From an uncultured bacterium (GTDB lineage Bacteria > Planctomycetota > UBA1135 > GCA-002686595): 64,000 bases of DNA. A model generated the notes under the pieces. The model searched no databases and was not told the DNA's origin. It saw nothing but the letters and a program-made list of their open reading frames with translations. Shown piece by piece: positions 49,328 to 57,308 of this stretch; the first letter of the stretch is position 1; the number at the start of each line of letters is the position of its first letter. The stretch covers positions 608,001 to 672,000 of the forward strand of contig CALSNU010000001.1 in assembly GCA_943787795.1 (NCBI GenBank). Direction: 5' to 3'. A program made the position numbers and the translations under genes.

Positions 49328-50467
49328 ATGACTCGTCGCTTTCTGATCGCCAGCCTCGCCCTCACCGTTGCGCCTTCGTGTGGCAGCGTGTCGAACTTCC
49401 TGGAGAACCAGGCTCCCGTGGATGGGATGACCGTCACTCCAGCGGCCCAGGACGCGGCCCCCTCGGCCGAGGTGACCTTGCGGGTGGACGACGGAGCGGA
49501 CTGGATCCAGATCGTCTCGGGAGAATGGCTCCGCGGCGAGATCCTCAGGGTCCGGGACGACAGCCTCGACTTCGACAGCGACGAGCTCGACGAGCAGACC
49601 TTCGACTTCAGCGACGTCCTGCGGATCATCAGCCCGCACCACCAGGTGGTGCTGACGGAGGACGGGCGGATCTTCGAGGGACGGCTCTCCGTGGACGAGT
49701 CGTCCATCTGGATTGAAGGCGACAAGACCGTGAAGATCCCCCGCTCCGAGATGCTGTCGGTTCTGGCCGTGGAGGGCGGCGGGAACTCGACCTGGTCCGG
49801 AGAGGTGACGGCGGGCATCGCGATCCGTTCGGGTAACACGGACCAGGTCGACTACTCGACGGTCCTCGCCGCGACCCGGGAGACCGCGCGGACAAGGTGG
49901 GCGAGTCGGTACAGCGGCGCCGCCAGCGAGGTCAGCGGCACGGAGACGGCGAACAACCACAGGCTCGGGAGCACCTATGACGTCTTCATCACCAAGCGCA
50001 CGTTCTTCACTGTCCCCGGCGTCGACATCTATCGGGATCCCTTCCAGAACATCGGGCTCCGAGTGACACCCTACGCAGCGGTCGGATACGAGCTCGTCGA
50101 CACCGCCGATCACTCGCTCTCACTGAGCGCCGGTCCTGCATTTCAGTATCAGCGCTTCGACTCGGAGCTGGGCTCTGGTGAGTCGACGGATAACTCCTTT
50201 GCGGGCGTCCTGTCGACCCTCTACGACTGGGACATCACTGGAGATGTCGAGCTCAGCGCCAAGTACAACATCACGTTCCCGATTCCCGATGTGCAGGAGT
50301 ACAACCACAACGTGGTGGGGACGCTCTCGGTGGACCTGGTTGGAGACCTCGACCTGGACCTCTCGATGACTTGGGACCGGATCAACTCGCCGGAGGCGAA
50401 CTCGAGCGGGGTGGTGCCCAAGAAAGACGACTTCCGCATCACGGTCGGAGTTGGGTGGACGTTCTGA
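49328..50467 (+). CDS. DUF481-like outer-membrane beta-barrel protein
   Basis: signal peptide, RSGNT, D.FQNI..R, C-terminal GVGWTF beta-signal. Confidence 0.8.
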   Translation: MTRRFLIASLALTVAPSCGSVSNFLENQAPVDGMTVTPAAQDAAPSAEVTLRVDDGADWIQIVSGEWLRGEILRVRDDSLDFDSDELDEQTFDFSDVLRIISPHHQVVLTEDGRIFEGRLSVDESSIWIEGDKTVKIPRSEMLSVLAVEGGGNSTWSGEVTAGIAIRSGNTDQVDYSTVLAATRETARTRWASRYSGAASEVSGTETANNHRLGSTYDVFITKRTFFTVPGVDIYRDPFQNIGLRVTPYAAVGYELVDTADHSLSLSAGPAFQYQRFDSELGSGESTDNSFAGVLSTLYDWDITGDVELSAKYNITFPIPDVQEYNHNVVGTLSVDLVGDLDLDLSMTWDRINSPEANSSGVVPKKDDFRITVGVGWTF

Positions 50468-50631
50468 GTCGCGCTGTGCTCGTGACGTGAAGGGGTCTTC
50501 TCGCAGCAGGTGCTTGCGGGCCGTGCAGTGACCCTGCCTCAACGCTCGAATTGGCCGCTTGAAGGAGCTGCGGGACGCGGCCCCGTTCGAGCCTGAGCCC
50601 GAGGCACTCGGCGGACCGCCCGGCAGGTGGG

Positions 50632-50667
50632 CCCGGAAGCGGACCCGGAAGCGGACCCGGAAGCGGA
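50632..50667. repeat. 3 x 12-bp perfect tandem repeat CCCGGAAGCGGA
   Basis: units start at 50632, 50644 and 50656. Confidence 0.9.
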
Positions 50668-50876
50668 GGCGGATGACGCGGTCCCGAGCTGGCCTGGCCT
50701 GTGCCCACGGAGCGCGCTCGAGCGGCCTGGCCCGACGACCTGCGGCTCGTTCTGCCGCTGGAAGGCTCGCGCCGCCTCAGACCGCGCGACTCCCGTTCGG
50801 ATGGGGGCCGGACGGAAGCCGGATGGAGGCCACACGCATGTCCATGGGGGCCAGATCCATCCCGATGGGAGATGGG

Positions 50877-50966
50877 TGGCGGAGAGGGTGGGATTCGAAC
50901 CCACGGAACCCGCGAGGGCTCACCGCCTTAGCAAGGCGGCGCATTCGGCCACTCTGCCACCTCTCC
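50877..50966 (-). tRNA. tRNA-Ser(GCT)
   Basis: GGAGAGG acceptor stem, anticodon arm CCGCC-TTGCTAA-GGCGG, long variable arm, GGTTCGAATCC, encoded CCA. Confidence 0.97.
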
Positions 50967-51186
50967 GCACGGGCGGGGAGGATAGCGACCGCCGTGCCTC
51001 GTGGCTCCGATGAGTTTCTGGAAATCCAGGGGACGTATCCCGGAAGGAGGAATCATGGGAAAACCATCAAGGGGAGATCCAGATCGCCACAATGTCGTCC
51101 GAGGTGCTGCTTGGGCCCATGCGACCCCCGGCGCCCCCCGTGGGAGGGCTCGATGAGCATCCTGCGTGGACGCCTCAACTGCCCCA

Positions 51187-53184
51187 ATGTCCGATCACTC
51201 TCACACCTCTGACGCCGCGAGAGGCCACCTCGCGGGCGCCCCGGCGGCTCGCCAGGCGCCCTCGAGGGGAGAGCTGGGCCATGCCCTCTTCCGGCTCTGG
51301 CTGCTCAACGTGTTGGCCGGCACCCTGGTAGGGTCCCTCTGGTTCTTCGACGCGCCGGTCGATCGCGCGCCGTGGATCCGCGTCTACGTCTCGCTCGCCC
51401 TCGTCTCCTCGGTGGCGGTGCTCGCCCTGGTGCCTGGCGTGGTGTTCCTGGTCATCTGGCGCTGGATCAAGAGCTGGCGCCTCGCCTGCCTGCTCGCGGG
51501 CTTCGTTGGGGCGTGGTTCCTCGCGATCCTCTACACGGACACCATCGTCTACCGGCTGCTGCGCTATCACTTCTTCGACAGCGCTGTCCTCAACGTGGTC
51601 CTGACCAAAGGAAGCGGGGACTCGATTATCCTCGGCGCCTATGTATGGGAGACCGCCGGGCTTGTCATCGGCGGGTTGACGCTGATTCAGTGCCTCGTCT
51701 CGGCGTGGTTTGCGCGTCGGATCCAGGGGCTGAACGAGGTGGGCGTGCGCGGCAACCTCTTTCTGCAGCCGAAGACGGTGGTGGTGCTCGGGTTGCTTCC
51801 CACGCTCCTGTTCAGTCAATCGGTCAGCGCCGCCGCGGACGTCGCCCAGCACCGGGAGGCGCTGCGGGCGATCCAGCCGATCCCGGTGGTCCCGAGGGTC
51901 CGGCTGGGGCAGATCATCGAGCCTCTCCTCGAACCGGACGCCGCTCGGCCGCCGGAGATGGAGCTGCTGCCGGTGGACGCGACGCTCGACTGGCCCCACC
52001 AGCGCCCCGAGATCCCCGCCGACGCGCCAAGGAAGAACGTCTTCGTGTGCGTGCTCGATTCCTGGCGCCGGGACATGTTCGATCAGGAGCTGACCCCCAA
52101 CATCAGCGCCTTCGCAGAGGGGGCCCGGGTGTTCGAGGATCATCTCTCTGGCGGCAACGGGACGCGCTACGGCCTGTTCACGATGCTCTATGGGCTGCAC
52201 GGCTCCTACTGGTTCCCCGTGCTCGCCCAGCGTCGCGCCCCCGTCCTCGTCGAGGCGATGCAAGCTGCTGGCTACGACGTTCGGATCTTCTCCAGCGCCT
52301 CGATGAGCTTCCCGGAGTTCCGGGAGACCGCCTGGGTGGGCGTGGACGATCAATCGATCCTCGATTCCTTCCCGCCGGGCCTTGTTTCCTATCAAAAGGA
52401 CGAGCTGCTCGCGGAGGCGTTCGAGGGGTGGATGGAGCGCCGCCGCGTGACCCGAGATCAGCGGCCCTTCTTCGCGTTCGTCCTGGTCGACGCGCCTCAC
52501 CAGCCGTACGAGAACCCTGGCGGGCCCTTCTCGCCCTCGGTGGAGTCCCTCGACTACATCGAGCTAGGACGGACCACGGAGGGGCCCGAGCTTGTGGCGC
52601 TGCAGGAGCGGGTGATGAACGCCTACAAGAACTCGGTCGTGCACGCGGACCAGACCGCCGGCCGGCTGCTGGAGACCCTGAAGCGCGCGGGGGAGTCCGA
52701 CGACACGTACACGATCGTCACCGGCGACCACGGAGAGGAGTTCTTCGAGTGCGGCTTCTGGGGGCACACCTCGAACTTCTCGCCGCCTCAGGTCCAGGTC
52801 CCGTTCATCTTCAGGGGACCTGGCATCGAGCCTGGCCGCGAGCCGCGCCCCACGTCTCACCTCGACTTCTCCAGCACCATGCTCGAGCTGCTCGGCGCGG
52901 ACCCTGCGATGCGAGGAGGGTACAGCCTTGGCGCCGACCTCCTCGATCCGCCCCAGACGCGCGAGCGCGTCGTCGCGGGCTGGAGCGATATCGGCCTATG
53001 GACGGAGTCCGGGATCTTCGACATCCCGCTGACGGCTCCGGGAATCGGAGGCTGGGTTCAGGAGCTGGAGTGCTATGAGCTCCCGTGGGAACCCGTGGAG
53101 GACGTGGCCCTGCGATGCCGCACCGAGCGTTCGGCGCTCGAGCAGATGGCCCGCGAGTGCACGAAGTTCCTCAAGGTCCGCTAG
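51187..53184 (+). CDS. YejM/PbgA-like membrane protein with periplasmic sulfatase/alkaline-phosphatase fold
   Basis: about 5 N-terminal TM helices; VLDSWR, HLSGGNGTRYGLF, DAPH, TGDHGEEF, WGH. Confidence 0.8.
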   Translation: MSDHSHTSDAARGHLAGAPAARQAPSRGELGHALFRLWLLNVLAGTLVGSLWFFDAPVDRAPWIRVYVSLALVSSVAVLALVPGVVFLVIWRWIKSWRLACLLAGFVGAWFLAILYTDTIVYRLLRYHFFDSAVLNVVLTKGSGDSIILGAYVWETAGLVIGGLTLIQCLVSAWFARRIQGLNEVGVRGNLFLQPKTVVVLGLLPTLLFSQSVSAAADVAQHREALRAIQPIPVVPRVRLGQIIEPLLEPDAARPPEMELLPVDATLDWPHQRPEIPADAPRKNVFVCVLDSWRRDMFDQELTPNISAFAEGARVFEDHLSGGNGTRYGLFTMLYGLHGSYWFPVLAQRRAPVLVEAMQAAGYDVRIFSSASMSFPEFRETAWVGVDDQSILDSFPPGLVSYQKDELLAEAFEGWMERRRVTRDQRPFFAFVLVDAPHQPYENPGGPFSPSVESLDYIELGRTTEGPELVALQERVMNAYKNSVVHADQTAGRLLETLKRAGESDDTYTIVTGDHGEEFFECGFWGHTSNFSPPQVQVPFIFRGPGIEPGREPRPTSHLDFSSTMLELLGADPAMRGGYSLGADLLDPPQTRERVVAGWSDIGLWTESGIFDIPLTAPGIGGWVQELECYELPWEPVEDVALRCRTERSALEQMARECTKFLKVR

Positions 53185-53214
53185 TCCACTCCGCTTGTTC
53201 ACGCCGCCTAGACC

Positions 53215-55674
53215 ATGCCGCTGCCTGTCCGCGCCGCGATCGTGGCGCTCGCCTGCCTGACCGCCCTCGTCGCCCTCAGCGTCCGAAAGGAGAGCGCCAT
53301 CGGCGTGGCCCTGGAGGCTGCCGCCACATCGCCCACGGTGTCCACAAGAGCGGACCGGAACGAGGGCCCGCTCACATGGGGGTCCTACGACCCGGACACG
53401 CTCTACCACGCTCGCCGCGTGGCGCGCGCGGTCCAGAATGCGGGCTGGGTGTCGTCCTATGACCCCTTCCTGGCGTACCCAGGAGGGCTCAGCGTCGACA
53501 GCCCCGGGACGGCGATCCCCTGGCCGCCGGCCTACGACCTTCTGCTGACGACGCTTGTGCGCCGCCGCCTCCCGTCGATGGAGGCGCTGCTCCCTCCCGA
53601 GCCGACCGAGGTTGACCCCGGCCCGCCCGGCGTCGCCGAACCACTCCTCCCCGCGACGCGTCGTCGCATCGAGCAGCTCGTCGCGTCAGTCCCCATGTGG
53701 TGCGGCGCTCTGACCGCGCTGATCGCCGCCCTGGCGTCCGCGGGGCTGGCCAGGACGCTCGTCCCAGCCGCACGCTCCTCGGTCGTGGCGATCGCCGCCG
53801 CGCTGGTCGCGGGCCTCACCGTGGCCTTCACGTTCGGGCATGTTCGTTACTCGCATCTGGGCAACGGCGATCATCACGCCTTCATCTCGCTGCTGCACCT
53901 GGCCTTGCTGGCGATCGTCGGCTCGAGCCTCCGGCCTGACCGGATCATCCGGCCGGTGGGCAGCGCCGCCCGGGGCGGCGCGGCGGGGCTGATCGCTGGG
54001 CTGATGATCACCAGTTGGACGGCCTCGATCTTGTGGGTCGCGCTCGTTCAGCTGGCGCTGGTCCTGAGGCTGGCGTTGCCCTTCAGGGAGGAGCGTGGGC
54101 TGCAGAGCGCGAGGGGGCTGCCCCTCTTTGCCACCACGTTCCACAAGGCGGCCCTGCTCATCGTCATGCCCGCGGCGATCGAGAGTCCCTTCAGCTCCTC
54201 GGACCCCTTCAGCCTCATCGAGCTGTCCTGGTTCCACATGGTGTGGCTAGCGATCGGCTGGCTGATCTTCGCGCCCTACGCGCTGCTTCCCCGCTTCGCG
54301 GCCGGGCGGCGCTTCGCTGCGATGCTCCCCGCCGTGGCCCTCGCGGCGGTCCTCTTGTTCGGCACGGATACCGGCGCGGGCCTGGTCGACGCGATCTCGT
54401 GGGCCGGGGCGGAGAATCCGTTCATGGGAGGGATCAACGAGTCCCAGCCGCTGGTGGGCTCCTTCCCAGCGCTGCTGAGGTTTGCGGGGGCGGGAGTCCT
54501 GCTCGCGCCTCTGGTCTGGGCCCTCGCTCTCCGGCAGGTCCGCACGGCGCCGCAGCTCCTGCCCTGGGTGATCTCCCTCCCTGTCTTGCTCCTCTTCGCG
54601 CTCCTGCAGCGGCGCTTCGCAGAGGGGCTGACGGCTCCGATGGCGGTCCTGCTGGGGTCCGTCCTCTCGGCCACCGTCTTGACTCGATTGGGGCGCGCGG
54701 AGCTCCGGCTGGCGGGCGCCTTGGGCCTCGGGCTCCTCGCCATCGCGGCGAACCCGAGCACCGTCAACGGCGTCCTCTCTCGTGGTCGGACCGCCGATCC
54801 GGAGCTGGCGCCCTTTGTGACCTGGACGGACATGGCCCGCCGCCAGCGCGCGCAGGCTGCGCTCCTTCAAGCGATGAGGGATGACGCCCCGAGATCGGAG
54901 CCCCTGCCGGTGGAGCCTCTACCTTCGGATCCCCTGCGATCGGACTTCCCTCCGTCGGACCCTCTGCCCTTGGGGGTCCTCGCGGAGTGGGACCTCGGCC
55001 ACTCCATCGAGTGGCGCGCCGAGCGACCCACCGTCGCCACCAACTTCGGCCTCTACCTGGGTGAGGCCTCATTCCTCGCTCCCTGGCGCTTCTTCGCCGA
55101 GACCGATGAGGCGGCGGCGCTTCAGATGCTGCAGCAGCTCGGAGTCGGCTCGGTGATCATCGATCGCCGGACGGCCGCCCGGCGCAGTGAGATCTCCGCC
55201 GCCCTCGGCCTCGGTGAGCGCGGTGAGGAGTTCTGGTCGAGGACCATGGGGGCGCGTCTTGTCGCTGGGGGCGAGAGCGCCGCGACTCAGCACCCTGGAT
55301 TCATGCGACTGGTCCGCTGGATCGACGCCAGCGTGGCGTCGGGCGGTATGCGGGCGTACGACGTCGTACGAGGGGCGCGGCTGCGCGCGGAGGGGGGGCT
55401 CCTGCAGGTCATGGCGACCCTGGCGGATGAGCGAGGGAGCATCTTCACATGGCGCGCTGCCGCGCGCGCCGGGGCCGGAGGAGGTGAGCTCGAAGTGCGC
55501 GTGCCCTACGGCTCCCCGGCGAGCCTCCCAGGAGAGGATCCCATGACTCAGCGCCCGGAGAGCGCCCGGGTGCGGGTCCTCGACCTCGAGATCTTCCTCG
55601 ACGGGGAAGCTGTGCCGGTGTCGATCACCGACTGGGATGTGGAGAACGGACTCTCCATTGACGTGAATATTTGA
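53215..55674 (+). CDS. STT3-family oligosaccharyltransferase (AglB/PglB-like)
   Basis: SYDPDTLYH, YDP...YP.G...IPWPP, LG..DHH, INESQPL, QRRF, EWDLGH; many TM helices. Confidence 0.75.
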   Translation: MPLPVRAAIVALACLTALVALSVRKESAIGVALEAAATSPTVSTRADRNEGPLTWGSYDPDTLYHARRVARAVQNAGWVSSYDPFLAYPGGLSVDSPGTAIPWPPAYDLLLTTLVRRRLPSMEALLPPEPTEVDPGPPGVAEPLLPATRRRIEQLVASVPMWCGALTALIAALASAGLARTLVPAARSSVVAIAAALVAGLTVAFTFGHVRYSHLGNGDHHAFISLLHLALLAIVGSSLRPDRIIRPVGSAARGGAAGLIAGLMITSWTASILWVALVQLALVLRLALPFREERGLQSARGLPLFATTFHKAALLIVMPAAIESPFSSSDPFSLIELSWFHMVWLAIGWLIFAPYALLPRFAAGRRFAAMLPAVALAAVLLFGTDTGAGLVDAISWAGAENPFMGGINESQPLVGSFPALLRFAGAGVLLAPLVWALALRQVRTAPQLLPWVISLPVLLLFALLQRRFAEGLTAPMAVLLGSVLSATVLTRLGRAELRLAGALGLGLLAIAANPSTVNGVLSRGRTADPELAPFVTWTDMARRQRAQAALLQAMRDDAPRSEPLPVEPLPSDPLRSDFPPSDPLPLGVLAEWDLGHSIEWRAERPTVATNFGLYLGEASFLAPWRFFAETDEAAALQMLQQLGVGSVIIDRRTAARRSEISAALGLGERGEEFWSRTMGARLVAGGESAATQHPGFMRLVRWIDASVASGGMRAYDVVRGARLRAEGGLLQVMATLADERGSIFTWRAAARAGAGGGELEVRVPYGSPASLPGEDPMTQRPESARVRVLDLEIFLDGEAVPVSITDWDVENGLSIDVNI
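54895..54969 (+). repeat. 5 x 15-bp in-frame repeat (SEPLP VEPLP SDPLR SDFPP SDPLP)
   Basis: degenerate tandem units read directly from the sequence. Confidence 0.8.
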
Positions 55675-55788
55675 CCGCTCGCGGCGTACAGACCGCCCCT
55701 CGCCACGCTTTGCCCGCTCGTTACACGCTCCCAGGTCCTCAGTCCCTATAGAGGTGGTCTGCCTCTCCCCGAACACGCTGCCGCTTTC

Positions 55789-57282
55789 ATGCTCGACCAC
55801 GCTCGCTCAACCCTCATCTCCCTGCTCCTCGCCGCCGGAGTCGTCGCTACGGCTGGCGGGGCCACGCCCCAATCGATCGGCTCGCCACAGGTCGAGATCA
55901 ACCACGAGGAGCTCGCCGCCGAGTTCCTGAAGCGCTCGGGGCTTGACCCGGCTGGGGCGGCGCAGGTCTCGACTGAGGATTTGCTGGACCGCTCGTTCTT
56001 CACGATGCGCATCGGCGTGTTCGATCTGGGGCTGAGCTCCTATGCGGCGCTCAGTCGAGCGAACGGAGACAGCTTCGCGCTCCTCGCCGGGGCGCTGCTT
56101 GAGGTCCAGGCGCAGTTCCTGGAGTGGCTCGGTCCCAAGGCGCCGGGGATCAAGGAGGCCGAAAAGGATCTGAAGACGTTGAGGAGCTACTTCAAGAAGC
56201 TCCGCGGCAATGCCATCAACAAGCTCGACCCGAAGCAGACGGGCGACGTCATGACGTTGCTCGGAGCGAGCAAGAAGGCGCTCGAGGCACAGCAGCGCTT
56301 CGGCGCGTACATGGCGCGGGGCACGGGCCTGGGGCTTGACCGCGAGGACGAGTATGTGGACACCTTCCTGGTGGCGCCGGGGAGGCGGGACTTCCTCGAG
56401 CTCCTGAGCACGTTCGGCGCGATCAGCCCGCCCAACCAGAGCGTCTACTGGTCCAACGACGTCGCCACCTGGACCAACACCTACTTCAACGACATCTCCG
56501 TGGTCGCCCTCGAGTTCGCGAGTCCCGGCAGCTCTACCGGGGGGGCGTTCGCCGGTGTCAGCATGAACTCGCGCACGCCGACCGGGATGCAGCAGCAGAT
56601 CGCGCAGCTGGCCGGTAACGCGATGATCGACAACCTGTTTGGTGACAAGATCCCGCCCTCCCTGGCGGGCGCCTTGTCCGTCAACCTGGTCGTGGAGATC
56701 TACGGGGAGTGCAACACGCGGGTCGACGGGGACCTGCGGGCGCGCCGGACCCAGGCCCGCGAGATCTTCGTCCCGGGCGGGCTCTCCGAGGGCGGCGTCC
56801 TGCCCCCTAACCTTGCCGATAGCCGGTGGCGTTCCGAGCACGGCAAGGATCACTTCCTGGTGGCGCTCCAATCGGCCCAGGCCGCTGGCGCGAGCAAGGC
56901 GAGGAAGAAGTACGAGAAGAACGGGACCTTCGAGTTGATGGATGACCGTGAGGCCAAGCGCATGGTCGTCAAGGCTCCGTTCCTCGGGACCCCTGCCGCG
57001 GATGCGCCCCCGGTTCCGGACGACTTCTGGGGCGACAGCCTGGAGTTCTACCGCTCCTATCGCACCGGGTTCATCTACTGGCTGCGCACCAAGGGACAGC
57101 GCTCCAAGAAGAGCTCCGAGGCGGCCTTCGCGGCGTACCTGACACAGCTGGCGCAGGCAGATAGCGGGGGGGACTCCCTCGAGGCCACCTTCGAGGAGCA
57201 GTACGGCAAGCCCTTGAGCGCGAAGGAGCCCTCCAAGCAGGACCTCGAGGGGCAGTTCCTGGACTGGCTCTCGAAGCTCTGA
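55789..57282 (+). CDS. exported hypothetical protein
   Basis: signal peptide, 497 aa, strong GC3 bias. Confidence 0.8.
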   Translation: MLDHARSTLISLLLAAGVVATAGGATPQSIGSPQVEINHEELAAEFLKRSGLDPAGAAQVSTEDLLDRSFFTMRIGVFDLGLSSYAALSRANGDSFALLAGALLEVQAQFLEWLGPKAPGIKEAEKDLKTLRSYFKKLRGNAINKLDPKQTGDVMTLLGASKKALEAQQRFGAYMARGTGLGLDREDEYVDTFLVAPGRRDFLELLSTFGAISPPNQSVYWSNDVATWTNTYFNDISVVALEFASPGSSTGGAFAGVSMNSRTPTGMQQQIAQLAGNAMIDNLFGDKIPPSLAGALSVNLVVEIYGECNTRVDGDLRARRTQAREIFVPGGLSEGGVLPPNLADSRWRSEHGKDHFLVALQSAQAAGASKARKKYEKNGTFELMDDREAKRMVVKAPFLGTPAADAPPVPDDFWGDSLEFYRSYRTGFIYWLRTKGQRSKKSSEAAFAAYLTQLAQADSGGDSLEATFEEQYGKPLSAKEPSKQDLEGQFLDWLSKL

Positions 57283-57308
57283 GTCGGAGTCGGTAGCCTC
57301 GGCGGGTC

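Noticed and set aside
3359..50667. Short tandem repeats as CRISPR arrays
   Set aside because: Units are 12-21 bp, directly adjacent, with no spacers and no cas genes.
50877..50900. tRNA-Ser 3' end as the att site of an integrated element
   Set aside because: No duplicate of the 3' end and no integrase seen in the window.
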